A DNA stretch of 64,000 nt from an uncultured Chloroflexia bacterium (GTDB lineage Bacteria > Chloroflexota > Limnocylindria > QHBO01): the NCBI GenBank assembly GCA_963782015.1, contig CAWAHY010000003.1, positions 72,499-136,498 on the forward strand, read 5' to 3'. The translations under genes were made by a program, and so were the position numbers. Shown here in pieces: positions 31,805-41,681 of the stretch (position 1 is its first letter; each line of letters begins with the position of its first letter). The notes under the pieces were generated by a model, which searched no databases, was not told the DNA's origin, and worked only from the letters and a program-made list of their open reading frames with translations.

Positions 31805-33166
31805 ATGCGGGGCCTGCGGCGGGCAATCATCCTGGCGTCCCTCCTGCTCGGCATCACCTCGCTCGTGGCCGGCATCGGGTCGCCTGGCATCGTCCGCCTG
31901 CGCCTCACCGGCGTGATCGACCAGGTCAATGCCGCCTACATCGAGGAGGGGATCGGCGCGGCCGCCGCGCCCGGCTACGCAGCGGCCGTCCTGATCGAGA
32001 TCGACTCGCCGGGCGGCGAGCTGACCAGCATGGACCGCATCCTCAAGGCGATCCTCGCCAGTCCCGTGCCGGTGATCACCTACGTCACGCCCGAGGGTGC
32101 CAGCGCCGCCAGCGCCGCCACCTTCGTCACCCTCGCCGGGGACGTGGCGGCCATGGCACCGCTGACCAACATCGGCGCGGCGTCCGTGGTCGGCGGGTCC
32201 GGCGAGGACCTGCCCGAGACCCTCGCCCGCAAGGTCACCAACCACGCGGTGGCCCAGATCACCGGGCTCGCCAAGGCACACGGGCGGAACGAGGCGTGGG
32301 CAGAGAGAGCCGTCCGCGAGGCCGCCAGCGTCACGGCCGACGAGGCGGCGGCCATGGTCCCGCCGGTGGTCGACCTGGTCGCAGCCGACACCACCGCGCT
32401 GTTCGCGGCGATCGACACCGGCGCGCGCGCCGACGGGCGCGCATATCGGTTCCAGGGTGCCCCGCTGCCACAGCTCTCCGGCCTCGAGATCCGGGACGCG
32501 AACATGAATGTCGGCCAGCAGTTCCTGCACCTCCTGTCGGACCCCAACATCGCCTTCATCCTGTTCACGATCGGCTTCTACGGCATCCTCTCGGAGCTCT
32601 TCCACCCGAACCTGATCAGCGGCTCGCTGGGCGCCATCGCGATCCTGCTGGCCTTCATCGGCTCCAACAGCCTCCCGCTCAACGTGGGTGGCCTGCTCCT
32701 GATCCTGCTGGGGATCGGCCTCTTCGTGCTGGAGCTGCACTTCACCAGCTACGGGTTCCTGGCGGTGGGCGGCGTGGTCTGCTTCCTGTTGGGCGCGTTC
32801 GCCCTGTACACCCGTGTCGACGGGACCGATGCGGTCCAGGTCGGGGTCGATCCGCTGCTCATCGGGGGCGCGCTGGTCGTCTCGCTCCTCTACTTCTTCA
32901 TCCTGATCCGCGGCCTGCTCCAGATGCGTCGCCGCGCCACCTCGGCGCTGCCGATCGCCGCGCTGCTTGGCGCCGGCGGGATTGCCCAGACTCTCCTCGC
33001 GCCGACGGGGATCGCCTATGCTGGCGGGGAGGCCTGGTCGGCGCGGAGCCGGTCCGGGGCGATCAACCCGGGGACCCCGATCCGCGTGGTCGAGGTCAAG
33101 GGCCTCGAGCTGATCGTCGAGCCCACGACGACTGATGCGAGCGGATCGGAGCGGAGCGATGGCTAG
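31805..33166 (+). CDS. nfeD: NfeD-family membrane-bound ClpP-class serine protease
   Basis: 453 aa. ClpP-like N-terminal domain (IDSPGGELTSM, AASAATFV), several TM helices, and a C-terminal NfeD OB-fold (…GEAWSARS…GTPIRVVEVKGLELIV). Confidence 0.85.
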   Translation: MRGLRRAIILASLLLGITSLVAGIGSPGIVRLRLTGVIDQVNAAYIEEGIGAAAAPGYAAAVLIEIDSPGGELTSMDRILKAILASPVPVITYVTPEGASAASAATFVTLAGDVAAMAPLTNIGAASVVGGSGEDLPETLARKVTNHAVAQITGLAKAHGRNEAWAERAVREAASVTADEAAAMVPPVVDLVAADTTALFAAIDTGARADGRAYRFQGAPLPQLSGLEIRDANMNVGQQFLHLLSDPNIAFILFTIGFYGILSELFHPNLISGSLGAIAILLAFIGSNSLPLNVGGLLLILLGIGLFVLELHFTSYGFLAVGGVVCFLLGAFALYTRVDGTDAVQVGVDPLLIGGALVVSLLYFFILIRGLLQMRRRATSALPIAALLGAGGIAQTLLAPTGIAYAGGEAWSARSRSGAINPGTPIRVVEVKGLELIVEPTTTDASGSERSDG

Positions 33167-34295
33167 CGTAGAGCTGCGGCGGGCGGTGGTGGCCGGCGGG
33201 ATCGCGGTCGTCGACGGCTCGCGCGGGCTGCTGACCCGCTGGTTCCTCGACGGCCTGTCGGCCGCGCTGGCGGGGCGCGGGCACCCGGTCCAGCGCGAGC
33301 GGAAGCGCGACGTGCGGATCGATCCGGGCGTCCGGGTCGTGATCAATGCCGTCGATGCCGAGCGCCCGATCAGCTTCCGGCGCCGGTCGAAGGAGATCTT
33401 CGTGGTCGGCGTGGCGGAGGTGCCCGCTCGCCCCGAGGAGATGCTGTCCGCGGGCTACTCGCTCCTGGTCCGGACCCTCTCCAACGTCTTCATCCCGATC
33501 GCCCGGGGCGAGGCCGGCCCGGAGGCGTACTTCATCACCATGGAGCAGGGCTTCCACCGCATCTCGCACGATCGCGACGACGCGGCCTTCTTCCAGGCCG
33601 TGGTGGAGCGCATCCTGCCGCTCGCCGAGTCGCGCCTGGTGATCGACAACGAGTTCATCCCGGACCTGGCGCGCGACCTGTGGAACGGCGACGAGCACAC
33701 CGCGGCGCTCTTCCGCGCCGGGCAGCGCCTCGCCGAGCTCGACCTGCTCCCCGCGCCCTGGCCGATCGACGAGCTTCTCTCGCCGGCTGATCTGCGGCAC
33801 GTGCAGCGCCTCTTCGGGATCGGCGGGCTCAGCTACGGCAACGCCAGCGCACGGCATGCCGGCGACACCTTCTGGATGAGCGCCAGCGGCGTCGACAAGA
33901 GCCATCTGATGGAGATCGGGCGCGAGATCCTGCTGGTCACCGGCTACGACCGGGCCCGCGGCGTGATCCGTCTCAGCGTGCCGCCGGGCGTGAAGCCACG
34001 GCGCGTCTCGGTGGACGCCATCGAACATCTGACCATCTATCGGGAGCACCCCGAGGTGGGCGCCATCCTCCACGTCCACGGCTGGGTGCCGGGCGCCGCC
34101 TCGACCGAGGCGGTCTACCCGTGCGGCACCGAGGAGCTGGCGCGGGAGGTGGCCGCGCTCGTCAACCAGACGCCGGATCCCGCGCGCGCCATCATCGGCA
34201 TGAAGAACCACGGCGTCACGATCACCGGGTCGAGCCTGGACGAGATCCTCGAACGCGTCGGGCCGCACATCGTCCGTCGCGTCCCGATGAGCTGA
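33159..34295 (+). CDS. class II aldolase/adducin-domain protein with a ~190-aa N-terminal extension
   Basis: The C-terminal half carries aldolase-II-like blocks (GNASARH, FWMSASGVDK, DAIEHLTIY, AILHVH, NHGVTITGSSLDE). Start ATG 33159 (GGAG upstream) or ATG 33135. Confidence 0.65.
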   Translation: MASVELRRAVVAGGIAVVDGSRGLLTRWFLDGLSAALAGRGHPVQRERKRDVRIDPGVRVVINAVDAERPISFRRRSKEIFVVGVAEVPARPEEMLSAGYSLLVRTLSNVFIPIARGEAGPEAYFITMEQGFHRISHDRDDAAFFQAVVERILPLAESRLVIDNEFIPDLARDLWNGDEHTAALFRAGQRLAELDLLPAPWPIDELLSPADLRHVQRLFGIGGLSYGNASARHAGDTFWMSASGVDKSHLMEIGREILLVTGYDRARGVIRLSVPPGVKPRRVSVDAIEHLTIYREHPEVGAILHVHGWVPGAASTEAVYPCGTEELAREVAALVNQTPDPARAIIGMKNHGVTITGSSLDEILERVGPHIVRRVPMS

Positions 34296-34306
34296 TCGCC
34301 GCACCG

Positions 34307-35542
34307 ATGCGCGGCCTGGGCGTGCGGGTCAGCTCGTCCGCGCTGAACTACCGGGCCCTGCGCACCTTTGGCTCGCTCCTGCCGCGCTGGACCGGTGGCT
34401 GGATGCCCTGGCTGGGCATGTCGTCCTACACGCTGCCGGACCTGCCCGGCCCCGCCTGGGCTCGCCTGAGGCCGACCCTCGCGGGGATCTGTGGATCGGA
34501 CATCGCGATGCTGACCGGCAGGGCCAGCGCCACGCTCTCGCCGTTCAGCTCCTTCCCGGCGATCCTCGGCCACGAGGTGCTCGCGGTCGTCGAGGAGGCC
34601 GGCCCCGAGGCGGGCGTCACGGTCGGGCAGCGGGTCGTGCTCGACCCGATCATCTCGTGTCTGGTGCGCGGCCTGGAGCCGTGCCAGGGCTGCCGCGACG
34701 GAAGCCCGGCCCTCTGCCGCCGCGCGACCGAGGGCGATCTCGCGCCGGGCATGCTGGTCGGCTTCTGCCATGACCTCCCCGGCGGGTGGTCCGAGGGGAT
34801 GCTCGCCCACGCCAGCCAGCTGCACGCCGTCCCGGTCGAGCTGAGCGACGAGGCGGCGGCGCTCGCCGAGCCGCTCGCCTGCGGCCTCCACGCGGTCCTG
34901 GCCCGGCCACCGGAGGACGGGGAGCGGGCGCTGGTGATCGGCGGGGGAGCGATCGGGCTCGGGACGCTGGCCGCGCTGCGGCTGGTCGCGCCGACGGCCG
35001 AGGTCACGATCGTGGTGCGGCATCGCGTCCAGGCCGACCTGGCCGCGCAGCTCGGTGCGCACCACGTGGTCATCGACCATCGCGGCGACGGCGCGCATCG
35101 GGCGGCGGTGCAGCATGCGGGGGCGCGGGAGCACGCCGCCCTGGTCGGCTCCTCGACGCTGACCGGGGGCTTCGAGGCGGTCTACGAGTGCGTGGGCAAC
35201 GCCGCGAGCCTCGAGGCGGCCCAGGGGGTGACCGCCCCGCGCGGGCACCTGGCCCTCATCGGCTCAGTGGCCATCGTCAAGGGGCTCGACCTGACCCTCG
35301 CCTGGGCGCGGGAGCTGCGGATCACCGGCAACTACGTGTACGGGCGGGAGGCGTCGCTGCCGGGGCAGCCGCATACGATCGACCACCTGCTGGGGCTCCT
35401 CGCCGCCCCCGGCGCGCCGGACGTGAGCGGGCTGGTGACGCACCGCTTCCGCCTCCAGGATTGGCGCGCGGCGCTGCGCGCGGCGATGGGCCGCGGCCGG
35501 GCGGCGTCGGTCAAGGTCGTCTTCGACCATCGCGCGGGCTGA
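34307..35542 (+). CDS. zinc-type medium-chain dehydrogenase/reductase (MDR alcohol dehydrogenase family)
   Basis: Start at ATG 34307. GICGSDI, ILGHEVLAVVEEAG, structural-zinc Cys cluster C..G.EPCQGCRDGSPALC, and NAD fold ALVIGGGAIGLGT. Confidence 0.8.
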   Translation: MRGLGVRVSSSALNYRALRTFGSLLPRWTGGWMPWLGMSSYTLPDLPGPAWARLRPTLAGICGSDIAMLTGRASATLSPFSSFPAILGHEVLAVVEEAGPEAGVTVGQRVVLDPIISCLVRGLEPCQGCRDGSPALCRRATEGDLAPGMLVGFCHDLPGGWSEGMLAHASQLHAVPVELSDEAAALAEPLACGLHAVLARPPEDGERALVIGGGAIGLGTLAALRLVAPTAEVTIVVRHRVQADLAAQLGAHHVVIDHRGDGAHRAAVQHAGAREHAALVGSSTLTGGFEAVYECVGNAASLEAAQGVTAPRGHLALIGSVAIVKGLDLTLAWARELRITGNYVYGREASLPGQPHTIDHLLGLLAAPGAPDVSGLVTHRFRLQDWRAALRAAMGRGRAASVKVVFDHRAG

Positions 35543-35619
35543 TGGCCTATGCTGCTCGACACTGAGGGTCGGGCCGCGCGCCATCGGCACGCCGGCACCG
35601 CCGGAGAAGGGGTGCGTCA

Positions 35620-36516
35620 ATGAACGGCGAGCTGATCGGTCTGATCGTCCTCCTCATCGGCCTGGCCGTGCTGATCGGCCTGCTGACCAGCGTCGTCCAC
35701 ATCGTCCGCGAGTACGAGCGCCTGGTCGTCTTCTTCCTGGGCCGGCTGCAGGGCGCCCGCGGACCCGGCCTGGTCCTGCTCATCCCCTTCATCCAGCAGG
35801 CGGTCAAGGTGGACCTGCGCGAGCGCTTCCTGGAGGTGCCGCAGCAGACCTGCATCACCAAGGACAACGCACCGATCAGCATCGACTTCCTGGTCTACTC
35901 CAAGGTCTTCGAGCCGGAGGTCACGGTCACCGCCGTGACGGACTTCACCGGCGCGTCGCAGGCGCTGGCCGCGACCACCCTGCGCGCCGTGATCGGCGAT
36001 ATCCCGCTCGATGACGTGCTGGCCAAGCGCGAGCAGATCAACCACACCCTGCGCGCCAAGCTCGACGAGGTCACCGAGCGCTGGGGCGTGAAGATCACGA
36101 GCGTCGAGATCCGCGAGATCGTGCCGCCGCGCGACATCCAGGAGGCGATGAACCGCCAGATGAGCGCCGAGCGCAACCGCCGCGCGAACATCACCGAGTC
36201 CGAGGGGACGCGGCAGGCGACCATCAACGTGGCCGAGGGCGACAAGCAGAGCGCCATCCTGCGCGCCGAGGGCGAGCGGCAGGCGCAGGTGCTGCGTGCC
36301 GAGGGCTTCAGCTCCGCGCTCAAGACGATCTTCGGCGCGGCCAAGGGGGTCGACGAGAAGACGATGGCGCTCCAGTACCTCGAGGCGCTCAAGGCGCTCG
36401 CCGCCGGCAGCTCGACCAAGTGGATCGTGCCGATGGAGCTGTCCGAGCTGACCCGGCCGATCAGCGCCGCCATGCGTTCGGCTCGCGATATCGGTGGGTC
36501 CGCTGCCAAGGGCTGA
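35620..36516 (+). CDS. SPFH/band-7 (stomatin-like) protein
   Basis: 298 aa. N-terminal TM helix, then the SPFH core VREYERLVVFFLGR...VDLRE...TKDNAPISIDFLVY...ITSVEIREI. Ala/Glu/Arg-rich coiled C-terminus. Confidence 0.9.
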   Translation: MNGELIGLIVLLIGLAVLIGLLTSVVHIVREYERLVVFFLGRLQGARGPGLVLLIPFIQQAVKVDLRERFLEVPQQTCITKDNAPISIDFLVYSKVFEPEVTVTAVTDFTGASQALAATTLRAVIGDIPLDDVLAKREQINHTLRAKLDEVTERWGVKITSVEIREIVPPRDIQEAMNRQMSAERNRRANITESEGTRQATINVAEGDKQSAILRAEGERQAQVLRAEGFSSALKTIFGAAKGVDEKTMALQYLEALKALAAGSSTKWIVPMELSELTRPISAAMRSARDIGGSAAKG

Positions 36517-36531
36517 CCGGGGGGCCAGCCG

Positions 36532-37458
36532 ATGACCTCGCCACCCCGCCGGCGCCGGGGGCTCGCCGCCTGGGTCGGTGGAATCGCGGCTGCCTGCGCG
36601 CTGGGCTACCTCGGCTATCTGACGCTCGAGGGATCACGGCGCATCGTGAGCCCCGGGCGGCGCCCGTTCCTGCCCGCCGAGGGCGAGCCCTCGACCCCCG
36701 CCGACCTGGGGCTGATGTACGAGGACGTCCGCTTCACGACCGACGACGGGGTGACGCTCTCCGGCTGGCTGGTCGGCGCCGGCCGCGAGACGCGCGCCGC
36801 GGTGGTGCTGATGCACGGCTACTCCTGGAACCGCCTGCCCTGGCTCGCCGGCTTCGTGCCGTGGCTGCAGCGGCAGTACAACGTGCTGCAGTTCGACTTC
36901 CGGGGCCACGGCGGCAGCGACGACGCGCTCATCTCGCTCGGCACCCTGGAGCAGCGCGACGTGGCCGCGGCGGTCCACTTCCTGGCCGGCCGTGGCCTGG
37001 GCCCGATCGCGCTGATGGGGGTCAGCATGGGCGGCTCGGTGGCGATCATGGCCGCGCCCGACCTGCCCGTGGCGGCGGTGGTCGCCGACGCCGCCTACGC
37101 CGACCTTCGCAACCCGATCTCCAACCGCATGCGCGAGGCGGGCTACCCGCTGGTCCGGCTCGGCACGCGGCTCGTGGTCGGCGCGGCCAGCCTGCGGGTC
37201 GGCGCGCGGCTCCGCTCTCCGATCCAGCGCGTGGCGCGCATCGCCCCGCGCGGGCTACTGCTGATCGCCCCGTCGGACGACAGGACGGTGAGCCCGGAGC
37301 AGTCCCGGCGCATGTTCGACGCGGCGGGGGAGCCCAAGGAGCTGTTCATCGTCGAGGGGGCCGCCCATGCCGATGCGCATGCCGCCGCACCGGAGGCGTA
37401 CGAGCGGCGCGTCCTCGACTTCCTTGCCCGCCATCTCGACGGGGTGCCACCCGTATAA
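36532..37458 (+). CDS. alpha/beta-fold hydrolase
   Basis: 308 aa. N-terminal anchor, HG oxyanion region VVLMHGYSWN, nucleophile elbow GVSMGG, and distal D/H (PSDDRTV, AAHADA). Confidence 0.8.
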   Translation: MTSPPRRRRGLAAWVGGIAAACALGYLGYLTLEGSRRIVSPGRRPFLPAEGEPSTPADLGLMYEDVRFTTDDGVTLSGWLVGAGRETRAAVVLMHGYSWNRLPWLAGFVPWLQRQYNVLQFDFRGHGGSDDALISLGTLEQRDVAAAVHFLAGRGLGPIALMGVSMGGSVAIMAAPDLPVAAVVADAAYADLRNPISNRMREAGYPLVRLGTRLVVGAASLRVGARLRSPIQRVARIAPRGLLLIAPSDDRTVSPEQSRRMFDAAGEPKELFIVEGAAHADAHAAAPEAYERRVLDFLARHLDGVPPV

Positions 37459-37459
37459 T
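37454..37459 (+). promoter_or_regulatory. perfect -10 hexamer TATAAT, 33 nt upstream of ATG 37493
   Basis: ccgTATAATcg overlaps the TAA stop of the hydrolase gene. GGAG lies 4 nt before ATG 37493. No convincing -35. Confidence 0.35.
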
Positions 37460-37492
37460 CGCGCCCAATCCATCACGCCCTCATGGAGCCGC

Positions 37493-38677
37493 ATGGCCAC
37501 CAAGGTCCTGGTCGTCGACGACGACCTGAACATCCAGCGCGTCCTCGTCTTCGCCCTCAAGCAGGAGGGCTACGAGGTGATGGTCGCGGCCGACGGGGCC
37601 GCCGGCGTGGAGATGGCCCTCGAGGCCAAGCCGGACCTGATCCTGATGGACGTGGCGATGCCCAAGCTTGACGGCTATGCCGCAACCCAGCAGATCCGCG
37701 CCGCCGAGAAGGGCGGCCGGGTCCCGATCATCATGCTCACCGCCGAGGCGGAGGTGGAGCAGCGGGTCAAGGGCCTGCGCGCCGGGGCCGACGACGACAT
37801 CGTCAAGCCGTTCCACCCGCTGGAGCTGATGGCCCGCATCAAGGCCCTGCTGGCGCGCGGCGGGCCGAGCACGCCGCGGACCTCCGCCGAGGCGCCGACC
37901 ATCGGTCGCCTGTGCGTCTTCTACCCCGCCAAGGGCGGCGTGGGGACGACCACCATCGCCATCAACACCGCGATCGCCCTGGCGCGCGAGCTGCGACGGC
38001 GCACCGGCCTGATCGACGCCAACCTCCAGTTCGGCGACCTCCGCGTTTTCCTGGATCTCGGCCTCGACACCGCCTCGATCGTCAACGCCATCAACGAGCC
38101 GGACCTCGACCTGGACCTCTTCCACAAGCTGATGGTCCGCCACCGATCCGGGATCGAGCTGCTGCTGGCGCCGCCGAACCCCGCTGCCGCCGACATCGTG
38201 GTCGAGCGCCAGCGCCAGAGCCCCGTCGTGCTGAACACGATCCTGAGCCTCGCGCGACGCCTCTTCGACTACACCATCGTCGACATGTCGCAGACGATCG
38301 ACGACTTCAACCTGCAGCTCTTCGACGAGGCGGACGTCATCTACGTGGTCATGACGGCCGACCTCTCCTGCCTCAAGAACGTGCGGCTGGTGCTCGAGAC
38401 GATGGACAGCCTGGGGTACGAGAAGGACAAGGTGCAGCTCGTCCTGAATCGGTCCAACGCCTACACCGGCATCAACGTCAGCAACGCCGAATCGGCGCTC
38501 GGCCGGACGATCGACTACCAGATCATCAACGAGTACCGCGGCGCGATCAGCGCCCTCAACTCGGGCGAGCCGTTCATGTCGAGCCGCCCCGATTCGACCC
38601 TGGGCAAGAGCGTGCTCGACTTCGCGCGGGCGATCGACAAGGTCACCGTGGCGGCCGCCGTCCCCGCTCGCGGCTGA
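37493..38677 (+). CDS. response-regulator receiver domain fused to a CpaE/TadZ-ParA/MinD-like ATPase (paralog 2)
   Basis: Start at ATG 37493 (MATKVLVVDDD...). Canonical REC (DD...DLILMDVAMPKLDG...MLTA...KPF), then VFYPAKGGVGTTTIAINTA and ParA-type blocks (TIVDMS, LNRSN). Confidence 0.85.
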   Translation: MATKVLVVDDDLNIQRVLVFALKQEGYEVMVAADGAAGVEMALEAKPDLILMDVAMPKLDGYAATQQIRAAEKGGRVPIIMLTAEAEVEQRVKGLRAGADDDIVKPFHPLELMARIKALLARGGPSTPRTSAEAPTIGRLCVFYPAKGGVGTTTIAINTAIALARELRRRTGLIDANLQFGDLRVFLDLGLDTASIVNAINEPDLDLDLFHKLMVRHRSGIELLLAPPNPAAADIVVERQRQSPVVLNTILSLARRLFDYTIVDMSQTIDDFNLQLFDEADVIYVVMTADLSCLKNVRLVLETMDSLGYEKDKVQLVLNRSNAYTGINVSNAESALGRTIDYQIINEYRGAISALNSGEPFMSSRPDSTLGKSVLDFARAIDKVTVAAAVPARG

Positions 38678-38823
38678 CCGATAAGCCCCGCCTAAGGGGC
38701 CGATAAGGCCCACCGCCTAGCCTGCGACGCAGCCGGTCGCCGCCGGAGTTTGGGAGGCGAGCAGGTGGGCGGCCGGCCACCTCATCGGTTCTGGTGGTCG
38801 CCTCCGCGCAGGAGGTGTTGCCC

Positions 38824-40335
38824 ATGCTGGCGGAGACGCTGAGCGCTGCCATCGTGGGCGTCGACGGCGAGCCGGTGCGCGTGGAGGTGGATGTCGCCTT
38901 CGGCCTGCCGGCGCTGACCATCGTGGGGCTGGCCGGGAGCCAGGTGCAGGAGGCGCGCGAGCGGGTGCGAAGCGCCCTCCGCAACAGTGGCTTCGAGCTG
39001 CCGGCGCGGCGCATCACGATCAACCTCTCGCCGGCCGACCTGCCGAAGGACGGCACCGGCTACGACCTGCCGATCGCCGTCGGAATCCTCGCGGCCTCCG
39101 GCCAGCTGCGCTCCCTCGACCGATTGCGGGAGACTGCCCTGGTCGGCGAGCTGGGGCTCGACGGCGCGCTGCGATCGGTGCCGGGCAGCATGGCACTGGC
39201 GGCCGCCTCCTTCGCAGCGGGCGTTCCGGCGCTGATCGTGGCTCAGGGCGCGACCGGCGAGGCGGCCGCGGTGGCGGGCCTGCGCGTGCACGGGGCCGCT
39301 TCGCTCGGTGAGGCGGTCGCTCACCTGGCGGGCGTGCGTGACCTGGCCCCGGCCGAGCCGACCCGGCTGCCGACGAGCAGCGAGCCGGTGGGCGGCCCGG
39401 ACCTGGCGGAGGTCGAGGGGCAGGCGCTGGCGCGCCGGGGCCTCGAGATCGCGGTGGCGGGGCGCCACAACCTCGCGCTGTGCGGCCCACCGGGGATCGG
39501 CAAGACCCTCGTCCTGCGCTGCGCGGTGGCCCTGCAGCCGCCGCTCGAGGACGACGAGGCAATCGAGGTGAGCCGCATCTACTCGGTCGCGGGCCTGCTC
39601 GACCGGCGCTCCCCGTTGCTGCGTCAGCGTCCCTTTCGCGCGCCACACCACACGATTTCGACCCAGGCGCTGGTCGGCGGCGGACCCCGGGTGCGCCCCG
39701 GCGAGGCGTCGCTGGCCCATCGCGGGATCCTCCTGCTCGACGAGACGCTCCAGTTTCGGAGCGACGCGCTCGACGCGCTGCGCGAGCCGCTCGAGGGCGG
39801 CAGCGTCACGATCGCGCGGGTGGATGGGGCGCTCACCATGCCGGCCCGGTTCACCCTGCTGGCGGCGTTCAACCCGTGCCCCTGTGGCTGGCGCGGGTCG
39901 ACGCGCCGCGCCTGCACCTGCGAGGACGCCACGGCGCGGCGCTACCTGGCGCGGCTCTCTGGACCGCTGCGCGATCGAATCGACCTGTGGGTGACGATGG
40001 CCCAGCCGGAGCCCGGTGAGGAGGCTCGTCGCGACGGCAGCGAGCCGACCGCGGCGGTGGCGGCCCGCGTCGCGCGCGCATGGCGGAGGCAGGTGCGGCG
40101 GCAGGGGATGGCGAACGGCGACCTTCCGGCCGGCGCGCTCGAGCCGGGCCGCGGATTCGGCGTGGCGGCTCACGCCGCGCTCGTCCAGCGCGGACGCCGC
40201 TTCGGGCTCTCCCCGCGGCGGCTCCACCGGGCGGCGCGGGTGGCCCGCACGGTCGCCGACCTGGCGGGGGCCGATGAGGTGACCCGGCAGCACATCGACG
40301 AGGCGCTCACGTACCGCGGCGCGGTGCCCGCATGA
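38824..40335 (+). CDS. comM: YifB/ComM family Mg-chelatase-like AAA+ ATPase
   Basis: Start at ATG 38824 (MLAETLSAAIVGVDGEPVRVEVDV, AGGAGG 8 nt upstream). The track ORF begins at 38794. Lon-like N-domain, Walker A CGPPGIGKTL, GILLLDE, FTLLAAFNPCPCG. Confidence 0.9.
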   Translation: MLAETLSAAIVGVDGEPVRVEVDVAFGLPALTIVGLAGSQVQEARERVRSALRNSGFELPARRITINLSPADLPKDGTGYDLPIAVGILAASGQLRSLDRLRETALVGELGLDGALRSVPGSMALAAASFAAGVPALIVAQGATGEAAAVAGLRVHGAASLGEAVAHLAGVRDLAPAEPTRLPTSSEPVGGPDLAEVEGQALARRGLEIAVAGRHNLALCGPPGIGKTLVLRCAVALQPPLEDDEAIEVSRIYSVAGLLDRRSPLLRQRPFRAPHHTISTQALVGGGPRVRPGEASLAHRGILLLDETLQFRSDALDALREPLEGGSVTIARVDGALTMPARFTLLAAFNPCPCGWRGSTRRACTCEDATARRYLARLSGPLRDRIDLWVTMAQPEPGEEARRDGSEPTAAVAARVARAWRRQVRRQGMANGDLPAGALEPGRGFGVAAHAALVQRGRRFGLSPRRLHRAARVARTVADLAGADEVTRQHIDEALTYRGAVPA

Positions 40336-41597
40336 TCGGGGTCGGGGCCAACGGCCCGATCGCCGGCGCGTTCGAGGAGGCCGATGGTCGAGGGCGGCGC
40401 GCGTCGCGTCGACCCGGGACCACCGACGGCGGCTGGACCGGGCTCGACCTCTCCGGGCTCGATGCAGAGGGCGAGGCCCCGTACTGGATCGCGCTCTCGC
40501 TCGTCCCCGGTGTCGGGCCGGTGGGATTCGCGCGCCTCCTGCGGCGCTTCGGCAGCGGCCGCGCGGCATGGGCCGCCGCTGAGTCCCTCCTCGAGGAGCT
40601 GCCCCGGCTCCCTGACGATGCCGCCCCCGGGCTGAAGCGCCTCCGGCGCGAGGGGGTCGCTGCGGTCGCCCAGCGGGTCCACGGAGCGACGCGCCGCGCG
40701 GGAGGTGCCGTCATCACGGCGCTGGACCGCCGATATCCGGCGGCCCTCTCCGCCGCCGACCCGCGACCGCCGCTCCTGTACGTGGCGGGTGACCCCGGCG
40801 CCCTGGATGCACCGTGCGTGGCGATCGTCGGGACTCGGCGGGCGAGCGGCTATGGCCGCGCGAGCGCGGCAGAGATCGCCGACGAGCTGGCGCGCGCTGG
40901 CGTCACCGTGGTGAGTGGCCTGGCGATCGGGATCGACGGCGACGCGCACCTCGCCGCGGTCTCCGCCGGCGGGCGCAGCGTGGCGGTCCTGCCGTCGCCC
41001 CTCGATCGCGTCTACCCGCCGCGCCACCGCGATCTGGCGGCTCGCCTGGTGGCCACCGGCGGCGCCCTCGTCTCGGAGCTGGCGCCGGCCCAGGCGCACG
41101 GCAAGCCCGACTTTGCTCGTCGCAACCGAATCATCGCCGGGCTGGTCCGCGCGGTAGTGGTGGTGGAGGCGCCGGACCACTCCGGGGCGCTCCTGACCGT
41201 TGCCGCAGCGATCGACTACGGCCGCGAGGTATTTGCCGTCCCCGGCCCGATCGACGCGATCGCGTCCCGCGGCTGCAACCGGCTGATCGCCGATCACCAG
41301 GCCACCATCGTCACCTCGGCGGCGGCCCTCCTGCACCGGATCGGGGCGGTGCCGGGCGGCCGTCCGGTGAGCGTCACGAGCCTCTCGGACCCCGAGGCGA
41401 TGGTGCTCCACGGCCTCCTCCAGCGACCCGGCTCGATCGAGGAGCTGATCGGCAGAACGGGCTACGCGACCGGTCCGCTGGCCAGCACCCTGACCCTGCT
41501 GGAGGCGCGCGGACTGGTCGAGTCGTTCGGCGGCGCGACATTCCACCCGACCCTCAGCGCCCGACGCATCGGGCGCGGCAGCGGGTCGACAAGGTGA
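40332..41597 (+). CDS. dprA: DNA-processing protein A (DprA/Smf)
   Basis: ATGA overlap with comM. YWIALSLVPGVGPVGFARLL, VAIVGTRRASGYG, VVSGLAIGIDGDAH and VVEAPDHSGAL are DprA Rossmann blocks. It has a long N-terminal extension, so an internal start is possible. Confidence 0.88.
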   Translation: MIGVGANGPIAGAFEEADGRGRRASRRPGTTDGGWTGLDLSGLDAEGEAPYWIALSLVPGVGPVGFARLLRRFGSGRAAWAAAESLLEELPRLPDDAAPGLKRLRREGVAAVAQRVHGATRRAGGAVITALDRRYPAALSAADPRPPLLYVAGDPGALDAPCVAIVGTRRASGYGRASAAEIADELARAGVTVVSGLAIGIDGDAHLAAVSAGGRSVAVLPSPLDRVYPPRHRDLAARLVATGGALVSELAPAQAHGKPDFARRNRIIAGLVRAVVVVEAPDHSGALLTVAAAIDYGREVFAVPGPIDAIASRGCNRLIADHQATIVTSAAALLHRIGAVPGGRPVSVTSLSDPEAMVLHGLLQRPGSIEELIGRTGYATGPLASTLTLLEARGLVESFGGATFHPTLSARRIGRGSGSTR

Positions 41598-41681
41598 TCC
41601 GCGGGTATACTCCCCAAGCCACCAGGCAGCCGCGACTCGTGCCCCGACCGCGGTCCGCCCCGTGACAGGAGTCACCGTTTA

